DNA from: a bacterium
GTDB taxonomy: Bacteria > Patescibacteriota > Minisyncoccia > UBA6257 > GWB1-50-10
Direction: 5' to 3'
Assembly: GCA_021801565.1 (NCBI GenBank)
Contig: JAJYXV010000015.1
Location: 23,839 to 87,838 of the forward strand
DNA: 64,000 bases
Positions 19,337-29,337 of this stretch are shown here, in pieces. A program made the translations under genes and the position numbers. Below the pieces are notes generated by a model that ran no database searches, had not been told where the DNA came from, and saw only the letters and a list, made by a program, of their open reading frames with translations. The number at the start of each line of letters is the position of its first letter. Position 1 is the first letter of the stretch.

Positions 19337-21451
19337 ATGTCCAAGAAGAAAAAGAAGAAATCTTCGGCGAACGAAAGTAAAAAAACTTTCGAAAAAGAGG
19401 GAGCGCAAAAACAATCTCGATACCCCCTTCACCCAGAGATAAAAAAGAGTGTCTGGATGGTAGGTTTTTTAGCGCTCGCGGTGGTATTTCTTCTTGCTGG
19501 ACTCGGACAAGCAGGACCATGGGGAGAAGGAATATATAATGGGCTAAGAATGCTCTTTGGGTGGGGTTACTTTTTTCTTCCTTTTTTGTTTTTTATACTT
19601 GCCTTTTCTTTTATCTCCGAGGAGCGAAAGCAAATGCTTGGATTTCGCTTAATCAGCGGATTTTTCTTTATTGGCGCGGGACTTGGATTTATTGATATTA
19701 TTGCTCCAGAAAGCGGAGGGCTTTTAGGAAATTTTGTTGGATCATTAAAACATCCGTTTGGTATGATTGCCGCGCTCGTAATTACCCTTACCATTCTCAT
19801 CATCTCCTTTCTTGTTACAATCAACAAACCTATTTCTCTCCTAAGAAAAAAGTATGGAGACGAAAATGATGAAGATGAAGAAGTTATTGCACCACCTGAA
19901 ATGGTTGAAATACAAAATATACAACCACCAACACAGGAAGGGGGGAAATCAAAGAAAAAAGAAGAAGTTGAAATAAAAGAGCCCGAATATCTTGAACATG
20001 AAGAAGGAAAAAAGATGAGTGAAAAAATGAAACCAATACATAATTATGTCGCCCCACCACTTTCACTTCTTTCTTCAATCATTGAAAAACCAACCATTGG
20101 TGATCTCCGTGCAAATGCAAATATTATTAAACGAACACTTGAAAGTTTCGGCATTTCTGTGGAAATGGGGGAAATCAACGTCGGACCAACAGTAACAAGA
20201 TATACGCTGAAACCCGCGGAAGGGATGCGTCTCTCTCGAATCACCGCATTAAATCAGGATCTTGCACTTGCGCTTGCGGCTCACCCAATCCGCATTGAGG
20301 CACCAATTCCTGGAAAATCGCTTGTAGGAATCGAGGTGCCCAACAAGTCTGCTGCAATTGTGCGCCTTGGAAGTATTCTTCTCTATCCCGAGTTCCAAAA
20401 AGCACCCGCACTTACATTCGCTCTCGGACGCGATGTGAGTGGTGAACCAATTTTTCAAGATATTGGTAAAATGCCCCATCTTCTGGTGGCTGGAGCTACC
20501 GGAAGCGGAAAATCTATTACTATACACGCACTCCTCGTTTCTCTTCTATTCAAAAATTCGCCCGACATGCTTAAATTCATCATGGTTGACCCAAAACGTG
20601 TTGAGCTTTCTATTTACGGCGGAATTCCTCATCTTCTTGCGCCAGTAATTACTGAAAATAAAAAGGCAATGGGAGCGCTTCGATGGGCAATACAAGAAAT
20701 GGATCGACGCTATCAGCTACTTCTCGAATCTGGCGCGCGCGACATCAAAAGTTATCATAAACAGAAAAACGATTTGCCCTATATTGTTATCGTAATTGAT
20801 GAGTTGGCGGATTTAATGACTTCATACGGAAGGGAGGTAGAGGGTTCAATTATCCGTCTTGCACAAATGGCGCGCGCAACAGGTATTCATCTTATTGTTT
20901 CAACACAACGTCCATCAGTTGAAATTATTACCGGACTCATCAAAGCAAATATCACCACAAGGGTTGCGCTTCAAGTTGCGAGCCAAATTGATTCACGTAC
21001 CATTCTTGATACCGCGGGCGCAGAAAAACTTTTGGGAAGCGGGGATTTGTTGTTTTCTTCTGCCGAACTTTCAAAACCGAAACGTGTACAGGGTGCATTT
21101 ATTACTGAAGAGGAGATAAAAAGCGTGGTTGAGTTCATAAAGAAAAACAATAAAGGATTTGATGAAGAACAAATAAACGTAGAGAAATTAGAAATTGAGC
21201 CTGGTGAACAAAATGGAAACGGAAATGGAGGAGGTATTAATTTTGATGACTATGAAGCAAGTGGAGACGATGATGAATTGTATGAAGAAGCGGTGGAAGT
21301 AGTCCGTTCAGCGAAAAAAGCATCTGCATCCCTTTTACAAAGACGGCTGAAGGTTGGATATGCTCGCGCAGCACGTCTTATCGATATGATGGAAGAGCGG
21401 GGAGTAGTGGGTCCAGGTGAAGGAGCAAAACCAAGAGATGTGTTTTTATAA
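19337..21451 (+). CDS. ftsK: DNA translocase FtsK
   Basis: N-terminal TMs, GATGSGKS, IDELADLM, TQRPS, gamma domain LQRRLKVGYARAAR. Confidence 0.97.
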   Translation: MSKKKKKKSSANESKKTFEKEGAQKQSRYPLHPEIKKSVWMVGFLALAVVFLLAGLGQAGPWGEGIYNGLRMLFGWGYFFLPFLFFILAFSFISEERKQMLGFRLISGFFFIGAGLGFIDIIAPESGGLLGNFVGSLKHPFGMIAALVITLTILIISFLVTINKPISLLRKKYGDENDEDEEVIAPPEMVEIQNIQPPTQEGGKSKKKEEVEIKEPEYLEHEEGKKMSEKMKPIHNYVAPPLSLLSSIIEKPTIGDLRANANIIKRTLESFGISVEMGEINVGPTVTRYTLKPAEGMRLSRITALNQDLALALAAHPIRIEAPIPGKSLVGIEVPNKSAAIVRLGSILLYPEFQKAPALTFALGRDVSGEPIFQDIGKMPHLLVAGATGSGKSITIHALLVSLLFKNSPDMLKFIMVDPKRVELSIYGGIPHLLAPVITENKKAMGALRWAIQEMDRRYQLLLESGARDIKSYHKQKNDLPYIVIVIDELADLMTSYGREVEGSIIRLAQMARATGIHLIVSTQRPSVEIITGLIKANITTRVALQVASQIDSRTILDTAGAEKLLGSGDLLFSSAELSKPKRVQGAFITEEEIKSVVEFIKKNNKGFDEEQINVEKLEIEPGEQNGNGNGGGINFDDYEASGDDDELYEEAVEVVRSAKKASASLLQRRLKVGYARAARLIDMMEERGVVGPGEGAKPRDVFL

Positions 21452-21562
21452 ACAAAACAACACATTAAACTATATTAACATCTTTCTCAGACTATGAGCC
21501 TTTCTATCTCTAATTGAATGCTTCTAAAAAATATGTAATAGTAAATTTATTAGAAAGACACT

Positions 21563-22279
21563 ATGGAATCCGAAGAGAAAAATTTTTCCGAACTCATCGA
21601 AAATGCGATGAGAGTAAAGGGATTTACAGTAGAAAAACTTGCCCAGGCTACGGGAATATCTGATCGCTTTATAGAATATATTGTCGAGGGTAATTTAAAA
21701 AAACTTCCCTCCTCTCCATATGTGCACGGATACGTGTTAAGAATTGCGGATGCACTTAGTCTCAACGGGGAAGAGTTGTGGCAAGAATATTTTCAAAAAA
21801 ATCAGGATATAAAACATTCGGATAGAGCAGATGAATTGCCCGGAAATCATTTTAGGGGAAGGTCAATAAACAAGAACATAATTATCGGCGGTGTTATTTT
21901 GATTATTATTGCGATATTCGTATTTTGGCGCGTTCAATCGCACGTCGGTGAACCATCACTTTCCCTCTCTGATTTTAAGGATGAGATGATTGTTGAACAA
22001 AAAACTTTTGATCTTAAGGGAAAAATTGATCCGCGTGATCAACTTACGTTAAACGAAGAAATTATTTATCCGGATGTTAACGGAAATTTTCAAAAAACAC
22101 TTTCACTTGAACCAGGATTCAATACACTTACATTCAAAGTAAAGAAGTTTTTGGGAGATGAGTATATAATAAAAAAGCAGATATTTTTAAAAGTCGCAAC
22201 AAGCAGCAAGGAGAAAGTAAATAATACTTCTCCGACTTCCCAACTAGAAACAACAACCACATATAATGGCACAGAATAA
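21563..22279 (+). CDS. RodZ-like helix-turn-helix membrane protein
   Basis: N-terminal XRE-like HTH with P...YVHGY, one TM, extracellular Ig-like part; lies between ftsK and recA. Confidence 0.7.
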   Translation: MESEEKNFSELIENAMRVKGFTVEKLAQATGISDRFIEYIVEGNLKKLPSSPYVHGYVLRIADALSLNGEELWQEYFQKNQDIKHSDRADELPGNHFRGRSINKNIIIGGVILIIIAIFVFWRVQSHVGEPSLSLSDFKDEMIVEQKTFDLKGKIDPRDQLTLNEEIIYPDVNGNFQKTLSLEPGFNTLTFKVKKFLGDEYIIKKQIFLKVATSSKEKVNNTSPTSQLETTTTYNGTE

Positions 22280-23300
22280 AAAAATAAAAGAAGAAAAAGA
22301 GAGCGGACAAAAAAATGATCTAAACTCTCTCATGGAATCTCTCCAAAGCCGATTTGGTGAAGGATCGGTTATGACTTTAGGTACACAACTTCACTCAAAG
22401 GTGGAAACAATCCCATCCGGATCCTTCTCGCTCGATATTGCACTCGGCGGAGGCCTTCCGAAAGGAAGGATTATTGAGATCTATGGACCGGAAAGTTCAG
22501 GAAAAACAACACTCGCACTTCACGCTGTTGCTGAAATTCAAAAAAGAGGTGGAAAGGCGGCATTTATCGATGCGGAACACGCACTTGATCCTGAATATGC
22601 GGCAAAAATAGGCGTAAGGGTAAAAGAATTAATCATTTCACAACCAGATAACGGGGAGGAAGCATTAAACATACTTGAAAGCATCGTACGATCCGGAATC
22701 ATCAACATTGTTGTTGTTGACTCTGTTGCGGCACTCACTCCACGCGCAGAAATAGAAGGAGAAATGGGTGCGTCACATATCGGACTTCAGGCGCGATTGC
22801 TTTCACAGGCACTTCGTAAACTTACTGCGATTGCGGCAAAAACAGGAACAATAATTATTTTTATCAATCAGCTCCGCATGAAAATCGGTATTATGTTTGG
22901 AAATCCAGAAACAACTCCCGGTGGTATGGCATTAAAATTTTATGCGTCAGTTCGCATTGATGTGCGGAGAATTGCCCAAATAAAAAAAGGTGATGAGGTA
23001 ACGGGGAATAGAACGAAAGCAAAGGTAGTAAAAAATAAAGTTGCTCCGCCATTTCGTATCGCCGAATTTGACATTATGTACGGCGAGGGAATTTCATATG
23101 AAGCGGATGTGTTAAACACCGCAACAAAATACGAGGTAGTAAAAAAATCAGGGGCAAGTTACAGCTTTGGAGACGAAAAACTCGGCGTTGGATTCGATAA
23201 TGTGCGCGAAAAATTAAAAACGGATAAGAAAACGTTGGAGGCGATAAAGAAAAAGACGAAAGAAATTTCTGAACAAAAGGGTGCTGTCTCAGAAGAATAG
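22266..23300 (+). CDS. recA: Recombinase RecA
   Basis: [27 protein letters not shown]. Confidence 0.98.
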   Translation: MAQNKKIKEEKESGQKNDLNSLMESLQSRFGEGSVMTLGTQLHSKVETIPSGSFSLDIALGGGLPKGRIIEIYGPESSGKTTLALHAVAEIQKRGGKAAFIDAEHALDPEYAAKIGVRVKELIISQPDNGEEALNILESIVRSGIINIVVVDSVAALTPRAEIEGEMGASHIGLQARLLSQALRKLTAIAAKTGTIIIFINQLRMKIGIMFGNPETTPGGMALKFYASVRIDVRRIAQIKKGDEVTGNRTKAKVVKNKVAPPFRIAEFDIMYGEGISYEADVLNTATKYEVVKKSGASYSFGDEKLGVGFDNVREKLKTDKKTLEAIKKKTKEISEQKGAVSEE

Positions 23301-23405
23301 AAAAATCGTCCACTTTATGTGTGAGATGTGTGCAATATAATACCCCCTGTGTATAAGTGAGGGAAAAGCTAAAGAACTCGCTTATAGAAACAAAAAAACA
23401 GGACT

Positions 23406-24245
23406 TTATCTTTCCTGCTTTTCGACTAAAATAAAAAAATTTTCAAAAAGTTTCGCCACAAGTATGGGACCCGTGCCACCGGGTGTTGGAGTGAAGTCAA
23501 TTTTCAATTCACAATTTTCAATTTTCAATTTTTCTGAATTAAAATCTCCAACCAATTGCCATTCGTCATTTGCCATTTGCTTTTTTCCATATCCAAAATC
23601 AATCACTAAAACCTTTTCTTTTAACATACCTTGAGAAACAAGATGTGGCTGACCGGTTCCAAGTATCACTATATCGGCATTTTTAATGAGTGAATAATCA
23701 CCTCCTTTATCCAAAAGATATAAATCTGAGACTTTTCCCTTGAGCCATGTCGCAATCGGTTTTCCAACAAGATTTCCAAGTCCCACAACGCCAACTTTTT
23801 TTTCGCTTAATATAAGATTTTGATTTTTTAATATTTCTTCAACCACACCAACTGCGGGAGGTAATATAAAATTTCTTCCGGCATAAAACGCACCGAGTGC
23901 GCGTTCACCCAACACATCAACATCTTTTTCCCGAGGAATCACGTTCATCACATATTGTGCGTTCACGTGAGAGGGGAGAGGAAGTTGTACAATCACACCG
24001 CCACATGTTTTGTGATTTGTAATTTTTAAAATTTCTTTTCGTAACCTATCCTGCGTTATATCCTCCTCAAGTTTGTATACTCTAAAGTCAATATTGAGCG
24101 CCTTCGCTATTTTTTCCTTCTGTTTCAAAAAACTTACTGACGCAGGATTCTCTCCAATTAAAAATGCCGCAAAAAACTTTTTTGTTTTTTTCTCTTTTAT
24201 TTTAGTTAAAATTCCCTCAGCGATTTTTTTTCCATCAATAACCAT
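23406..24245 (-). CDS. folD: Bifunctional methylenetetrahydrofolate dehydrogenase/cyclohydrolase
   Basis: VQLPLP, KDVD, VGKP, TPTPGGTGP. Confidence 0.92.
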   Translation of the reverse strand: MVIDGKKIAEGILTKIKEKKTKKFFAAFLIGENPASVSFLKQKEKIAKALNIDFRVYKLEEDITQDRLRKEILKITNHKTCGGVIVQLPLPSHVNAQYVMNVIPREKDVDVLGERALGAFYAGRNFILPPAVGVVEEILKNQNLILSEKKVGVVGLGNLVGKPIATWLKGKVSDLYLLDKGGDYSLIKNADIVILGTGQPHLVSQGMLKEKVLVIDFGYGKKQMANDEWQLVGDFNSEKLKIENCELKIDFTPTPGGTGPILVAKLFENFFILVEKQER

Positions 24246-24266
24246 AAATAAAATTTTTTTATTTTC

Positions 24267-24557
24267 TTATTCGCGCGAATTAGAAACTGCTGAAATAATA
24301 TATTTCACCAAATCAGAAAGATTATCTGCAATTCGATAATATACAACCAGACTCTTTTGTTTATGATCAAGGATATCTAATTTATATAACATGTTCAAAT
24401 GTTTTGATGTCGCAGTAAAAGAAAGTCCTATGCGCTCTGCAATATCACCCACAGATAATTCCTTTTCTTTTGTAAGTGCCCGCACAATCCTCAACCTACG
24501 ATTATTTCCAAATCCTTTCATAATTCTCTCAAGTTGTTTTATGTTTTCCACACTCAT
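24267..24557 (-). CDS. ArsR/SmtB family transcriptional regulator
   Basis: RRLRIV, LSVGDIAERIGLSFTATSKHL, VYYRI winged HTH. Confidence 0.88.
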   Translation of the reverse strand: MSVENIKQLERIMKGFGNNRRLRIVRALTKEKELSVGDIAERIGLSFTATSKHLNMLYKLDILDHKQKSLVVYYRIADNLSDLVKYIISAVSNSRE

Positions 24558-24584
24558 ATATTATCTGTTTTATTTTATCACGCT

Positions 24585-24624
24585 TCTGCTATTTTCCTAT
24601 TCGCGCGAATAGGAAAATAGCAGA
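24585..24624. repeat. Perfect 40-bp loop-less palindrome with CGCGCG core upstream of arsR
   Basis: tctgctattttcctattcgc|gcgaataggaaaatagcaga; related copy at the arsR 3' end (about 24260-24293). Confidence 0.95.
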
Positions 24625-24663
24625 CTAAATATCAAAAAAAAACAAACAAAAATATGTGAGGAT

Positions 24664-25959
24664 TTAAGGCAAAATCGGAAACTTTTTACAAAGTTTTTTT
24701 ATATCCACTTGTATCGTCAATTTTTTTTGAGTTTGTAGCAACGAATCAGAAATAAGATGTGCGATTAATCTCATTTCTTTTTCTTTCATTCCGCGTGTCG
24801 TAAGTGCGGGGGTACCAACACGAATTCCTGATGGGTTGGTAGGTTTTTGTGTGTCGTAGGGAATTGTGTTTTTATTCACGATAATTCCAACACCTTCCAA
24901 CAAATCACTCGCTTCGCCTCCACTTATTCCTTTTTCCATTGTATTAACTAAAAACAAGTGCGAGTCAGTTCCTCCCGAAATAATTTTCCATCCAATTTTT
25001 TTAAGCTCCTCCGCAAGTGCCTTCGAATTTTTTACCACCTGTTTTGAATATATCCTAAATTGATTTGTGTCGGCCTCGCTTAATGCAACTCCGATTGCCG
25101 CGATTGTATTCATGTGTGGTCCACCCTGAATTCCTGGGAAAACAATTTTATTAATGGCCTCTGCAATTGATAGTTTCGAATTTTGAATTTTGAATTTTGA
25201 ATTTGTTTGAGATTTGAGATTTGAGATTTGAGATTTTCTTGCAAATATAAGTGCCGCTCGCGGACCGCGGAGTGTTTTGTGTGTGGTAGTGGTCACTACA
25301 TGCGCGTAGGTGAAGGGGGATGGATATGCGCCTCCTGCAACAAGTCCCGCAAAATGAGACATATCTACCATAAATATCGCTCCTACTGCATCTGCAATTT
25401 TTCTCATCTTCTTGAAATCAATAATTCGCGCGTATGCACTTCCTCCCGCAATAAGAAGTGTTGGTTTTTCTTTTTTTGCGATTTTCAAAACCTCATCATA
25501 GTTTATTTTTTCTGTTTTTTTATCCACTCCGTAGGGGACCTGTTTCCATAGTTTTCCTGTCACGCTTACACGATATCCGTGCGTAAGGTGACCCCCCATA
25601 TCGAGCGCCATTGCCATGATTTTTGAACCAACAGGAATAAGTGCATGATAGACTGCGAGATTTGCGGGAGATCCAGAATATGGCTGCACATTCACATCCC
25701 ACATTTTTCGATCCGCCGGCTGGCGGATAAATAACTTTAACGCACGTGATTGTACCAACTCTTCAAGTTCGTCCACGTGCTTATTGCCCGCATAATAACG
25801 CGCTCGCGTGTATCCTTCGGCGTATTTATTGGTAAATACACTTGCCAGTGCCTCGCGTACGCCTGGTGAAACATAATTTTCCGAAGCGATAAGATTCAGC
25901 GTCTCATTCTGCCGAATTTTCTCTTTTCTAACAAGTTGTCGCATCTCTCTATCTCTCAT
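24664..25959 (-). CDS. glyA: Serine hydroxymethyltransferase
   Basis: LIASEN, NKYAEGY, GGHLTHG, TTTHKTLRGPR, FPGIQGGP. Confidence 0.97.
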   Translation of the reverse strand: MRDREMRQLVRKEKIRQNETLNLIASENYVSPGVREALASVFTNKYAEGYTRARYYAGNKHVDELEELVQSRALKLFIRQPADRKMWDVNVQPYSGSPANLAVYHALIPVGSKIMAMALDMGGHLTHGYRVSVTGKLWKQVPYGVDKKTEKINYDEVLKIAKKEKPTLLIAGGSAYARIIDFKKMRKIADAVGAIFMVDMSHFAGLVAGGAYPSPFTYAHVVTTTTHKTLRGPRAALIFARKSQISNLKSQTNSKFKIQNSKLSIAEAINKIVFPGIQGGPHMNTIAAIGVALSEADTNQFRIYSKQVVKNSKALAEELKKIGWKIISGGTDSHLFLVNTMEKGISGGEASDLLEGVGIIVNKNTIPYDTQKPTNPSGIRVGTPALTTRGMKEKEMRLIAHLISDSLLQTQKKLTIQVDIKKLCKKFPILP

Positions 25960-26018
25960 GTATGTGACTTTATATCAAAACAAAAATAAATACAAAAGTT
26001 ATTATATTTTTACTACAG

Positions 26019-26058
26019 ATATAACACAACATCGCCGATCGGCGATGTTGTGTTATAT
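26019..26058. repeat. Perfect 40-bp palindrome; fully symmetric copy 3 of the 38-bp motif
   Basis: a TATAACAC aacatcgc CGATCG gcgatgtt GTGTTATA t. Confidence 0.95.
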
Positions 26059-26076
26059 AGAAATTTACTTCTCAAA

Positions 26077-26169
26077 TTAGTAAAACAAAAGTGGAACGTA
26101 GGCCATAATAAGACCCAACACAAGAATTCCCACTACAACGATAACTAAAATTCTATGTTTTTTCCCCAT
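26077..26169 (-). CDS. Putative 30-aa single-TM small protein
   Basis: MGKKHRILVIVVVGILVLGLIMAYVPLLFY; TGATACAAT extended -10 just upstream. Confidence 0.45.
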   Translation of the reverse strand: MGKKHRILVIVVVGILVLGLIMAYVPLLFY

Positions 26170-26239
26170 GTTCTTATTGTATCAAATATGAATTTTTTGT
26201 TCCTCTCTAGGTTTGAGATTTGATTTTTGAGATTCTAAT

Positions 26240-26815
26240 TTAAAAAAGACTTTCTTGAGGTGCTTCGTGATCCTCCTCTTTATATACAATCTCCGCTTTC
26301 CCCATCTGAGGAATGTTCCGTTGAGGAATCCAGAGATATCCTTGTTTTCGTATGAGATCAAAAATTTCTTTCGTGAGCCTCACATCCTGCTTGCAGTATT
26401 CTTTCAATTTTTCCATTTCACCGTTTCGGTACCATTCAATTGCGTCGAGTCCGTGTCCGCTTTTTTTCATTCCTAAATTCGCTTCTCCCAGCAAATCAAG
26501 ACTGATGCGTCGCCCCCAACTGTTTTCGATCTGCTCCAAAATATCGTAGTGGGGTACCGCGTGGAGATTAAATTTAAAATACTTGTTTAAGACCGGCACA
26601 TCAAAACGCTTGCTCGCGAATCCAATAATAAGACCCGCGTTCTGCATCATTTCCGCAAGCACGTTAAATTCATGTTCTTCAAAACAATAATATTCGTTTT
26701 TGAGATATGAATAGGCACCCACCACCGACACTTCCAGTTTTTCAATATTTTCTTCACCTCCCACATCCGCAAACGTGTTCTTTGTCTCAATATCAAAAAC
26801 AATTTTGTCTTTCAT
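26240..26815 (-). CDS. Ribonuclease H-like (YprB/DnaQ-like) domain protein
   Basis: VFDIET, FDVP, KSGHGLDAI, YCKQDV. Confidence 0.8.
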   Translation of the reverse strand: MKDKIVFDIETKNTFADVGGEENIEKLEVSVVGAYSYLKNEYYCFEEHEFNVLAEMMQNAGLIIGFASKRFDVPVLNKYFKFNLHAVPHYDILEQIENSWGRRISLDLLGEANLGMKKSGHGLDAIEWYRNGEMEKLKEYCKQDVRLTKEIFDLIRKQGYLWIPQRNIPQMGKAEIVYKEEDHEAPQESLF

Positions 26816-26882
26816 TGCTGTATTAATTATCGTTCTATTCTTACAAGAATTTACCACGAAGTCAAAAACACCCAACTCTATT

Positions 26883-27236
26883 TTATTTTTTAAAAATTGC
26901 CTTAATGTTTGAATAAGCAATTTTTATTCCAATACCAAGAAAGACAAGGCCAAAGAAAAACGGGAGGAGTGCGGGGATATTAGTCATATTAAAATCCAAG
27001 AGTGCAACATTAAAAACAAAAAATACCAAAAAACCACCGGCAACTATAACAATAAAGGAAAAACATACACTAACTATCTTTATCCATAGTGATTGAGACG
27101 AGGGAACATCTCCCATATTTTGGTACATTTGTCTTACCGCTTCATTCACCCACATTGGGCCGCCTATATTCGAGGGTGTATCTACTTCTTTGGAATTAAT
27201 TTGCTCTAATTTTTTGTTTTTTTCTTTCTGATTCAT
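26883..27236 (-). CDS. Hypothetical membrane protein
   Basis: Two C-terminal TM helices. Confidence 0.55.
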   Translation of the reverse strand: MNQKEKNKKLEQINSKEVDTPSNIGGPMWVNEAVRQMYQNMGDVPSSQSLWIKIVSVCFSFIVIVAGGFLVFFVFNVALLDFNMTNIPALLPFFFGLVFLGIGIKIAYSNIKAIFKK

Positions 27237-27277
27237 GCTTCATGGCTTTTCACTCAAAAGTGAAAATATATAAAAAT

Positions 27278-27766
27278 CTACCTCACGTGGCGATCTGCAA
27301 CCTTTGAGGCCGCATAACTTTCTGGCTTTGTTTTCACTTCAAAGTTGTTTGCGCGAATCATTCCCACCACTTCTTGTATAAGTGTTTTTGTCTCTCCGTT
27401 TTCACCTATATCTGCGTGTATCTCAAAATCCCAATGGGGAAGAAGATCGGAATTCTTTTTTAGTTCTTCGAGCACTTCTTTTGCGGTATCAATTGAGAAC
27501 AACACCTCTTGAATAATCCTATCTCGAAGTGTGTGGAATTTTCCCTTTTCAAACCCTCTCCAAAAATAACGCCCACCATTCCCCACGCGATAGACGACCA
27601 CCACAGTCACAAAATCTGCGTTTTTACTTGGAAGATGGAGTGAATCAGTACCAATAATAATTTTATACGAACTTGCCGTATCGTTTTTTAAAAATTGAAC
27701 AACTTCACCCACCACCTCATGAAGCGGTAACTGAGCACCAAACGAATTTTTGAATAACACCTGCAT
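27278..27766 (-). CDS. RNase H-like YkuK/DUF458 family protein
   Basis: IIGTDS, GNGGRYF, EIHADIG, KPESYAASKVADRH. Confidence 0.85.
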   Translation of the reverse strand: MQVLFKNSFGAQLPLHEVVGEVVQFLKNDTASSYKIIIGTDSLHLPSKNADFVTVVVVYRVGNGGRYFWRGFEKGKFHTLRDRIIQEVLFSIDTAKEVLEELKKNSDLLPHWDFEIHADIGENGETKTLIQEVVGMIRANNFEVKTKPESYAASKVADRHVR

Positions 27767-27810
27767 TCCTCCACCTTATTCCGAAGAATCTGGTTCGTCA
27801 ATGTTATTTA

Positions 27811-28428
27811 TTACTTCGATAAAATCTTCAACAACGCATCGGTGATGGGTTTTAATTCCAGAAGCTCTTCTTCTTTGGTGTGTTGTATTGATGGTTTATT
27901 TGTTGTTATAGAAACATAAAGTGCCCGCATCGGAAATTGAATGTGTGACTCTCCAAACACTTGATTGGTTAAAATAACTTCCCGTTTTGATTCTTCTTTG
28001 CGCATTATGCCATCGGGATTGAGGAGCGTAAAAACTTCAATCCATGCGGCACTTACCCTTCCCCCGTGTTTTGTTGCAATGCCCTTCCAAAAATCTAAAA
28101 GCGTTTTTGAAATTTCTTCCTTTGTTAAATTTTCTTTTTCCATTTCTCCCAACGCTATTCTTTTTGGCGCATCAATCAAGCCCCCTCCCTCAACCCAAAA
28201 ACCAGTATCGTTTGCAAGAATGGGAATATTCACTTTTCCAAAATATGCCCGCGCTTTAATTTCCGAATTTTCAGCCAATGTTTTTCCATTCTCTTCGACT
28301 TCAATATCTTCGAGTCCAAAGTCTTTCGGAGTATAAATCTTAATATCGAGCCCCGTCTCTCCCAAGAGGTTCTTAAATCTCTGAATTTTTGCCTCGTTGT
28401 GTGTAGCGAGAAATATTTCTTTTTTCAT
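27811..28428 (-). CDS. Divergent Ham1/non-canonical purine NTP pyrophosphatase family protein
   Basis: FLATHNEAK, EENGKTLAENSEIKA, NDTG; canonical C-terminal SHR not seen. Confidence 0.75.
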   Translation of the reverse strand: MKKEIFLATHNEAKIQRFKNLLGETGLDIKIYTPKDFGLEDIEVEENGKTLAENSEIKARAYFGKVNIPILANDTGFWVEGGGLIDAPKRIALGEMEKENLTKEEISKTLLDFWKGIATKHGGRVSAAWIEVFTLLNPDGIMRKEESKREVILTNQVFGESHIQFPMRALYVSITTNKPSIQHTKEEELLELKPITDALLKILSK

Positions 28429-28433
28429 AAAGA

Positions 28434-28979
28434 TTAATCAAGTATATATTCCCATCCAGGTTTCCATTCTTTTGTCTTTCGCCAATCGGTCGCAAATGCT
28501 TCTTCCCACGTTAGTTTTTTAAGAAGAACATCCAGTGCAAGTTGTGGGGCCTTATGAGCAACAATTGCTATGGACTTTCCATTATAATTTTTCTTTATAT
28601 CTTCCAAAAAACTTTTTACGCGTTCTTTTACCATTTCATAACTTTCTCCATTCGGCATTGGTGTAATAACTGATTGTTCTTGTAGTGGCTCAACTATTTC
28701 TGATGGTTTGTTATTATAATCTCCGTAATTACACTCCCTAAGGCGTGCGTCGGGAATAATTTTATATTTATCTCCCCACGTTAATTGGGCGGATTGGATA
28801 GCGCGCTTTAAATCTGATGTAAAAACAACATCAAAGTTTTTGTCTTCCGTGAGTGGTCCTAATTCTTTTGATTGTTGTATTCCAAGTTCCGAAAGTTCAA
28901 CATCTGACCAACCTGAAGAAAACCCCCCTTCATTATCGGTCGTAGTTCCGTGAACAAAATAAGTTATTTTTACGGCCAT
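28434..28979 (-). CDS. Histidine phosphatase (phosphoglycerate mutase-like) family protein
   Basis: FVHGTT, SDLKRA, LRECNYG, GES, IVAH. Confidence 0.85.
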   Translation of the reverse strand: MAVKITYFVHGTTTDNEGGFSSGWSDVELSELGIQQSKELGPLTEDKNFDVVFTSDLKRAIQSAQLTWGDKYKIIPDARLRECNYGDYNNKPSEIVEPLQEQSVITPMPNGESYEMVKERVKSFLEDIKKNYNGKSIAIVAHKAPQLALDVLLKKLTWEEAFATDWRKTKEWKPGWEYILD

Positions 28980-29030
28980 AAAAATTTTGGTGCCCTCGAG
29001 AGGATTTGAACCCCAGACCTTCTCGGTTTA

Positions 29031-29176
29031 TCCCGTACAAATTTTTTGTTTCGCTATATTTATAATATGAATCTAAATATTAATTTGTGGGCACACAAGG
29101 GATTGAACCTTGGACCTTCTCGGTGTAAACGAGACGCTCTACCACTGAGCTATGTGCCCAAAAAATTTGTACGGGA
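29031..29176. mobile_element. 146-bp element with 18-bp terminal inverted repeats carrying tRNA-Val
   Basis: TTTA[tcccgtacaaattttttg...caaaaaatttgtacggga]TGTA. Confidence 0.75.
29088..29159 (-). tRNA. tRNA-Val(TAC)
   Basis: GGGCACA/TGTGCCC acceptor stem, TCTCG-TTTACAC-CGAGA anticodon arm, GGTTCAATCC T arm; no encoded CCA. Confidence 0.93.
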
Positions 29177-29337
29177 TGTAAACGGATTAGTCCTCTCCCA
29201 CTGAGCCCCGCCTGCCGGCGGGCAGGTAAGCGCGCAAAAACTATCATAATCAATTTAACCGAAGTTTATTGAGTATGCAAATATATGATATAATGAACCT
29301 GTAAAAATGTATTAAGTAAGTGCAAATCAGAAGTATT

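Larger units (their letters stand above)
28988..29235 (-). pseudogene. Decayed outer tRNA-Val-like gene interrupted at the anticodon loop
   Basis: 5' part 29177-29235 (GCGCGCTTA[20-bp insert]GCTCAGTGGGAGAG...TTTACA) and 3' part 28988-29030 (CCGAGAAGGTC...GGTTCAAATCC...ACCA); acceptor and T stems mismatched. Confidence 0.6.

Noticed and set aside
28988-29030. Trans-spliced split tRNA pairing this 3' half (CGAGGGC-ACCA) with GCCCTCG at 41214
   Set aside because: The 7-bp acceptor complementarity exists, but the 5' fragment is Leu-type while this half has a short variable loop and a damaged T stem, and no complementary leader/trailer was found; probably coincidence.
29031-29176. Group I or archaeal-type tRNA intron
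   Set aside because: Too short and lacking group I core motifs; removing it leaves a tRNA with mismatched stems and a duplicated 4-mer.
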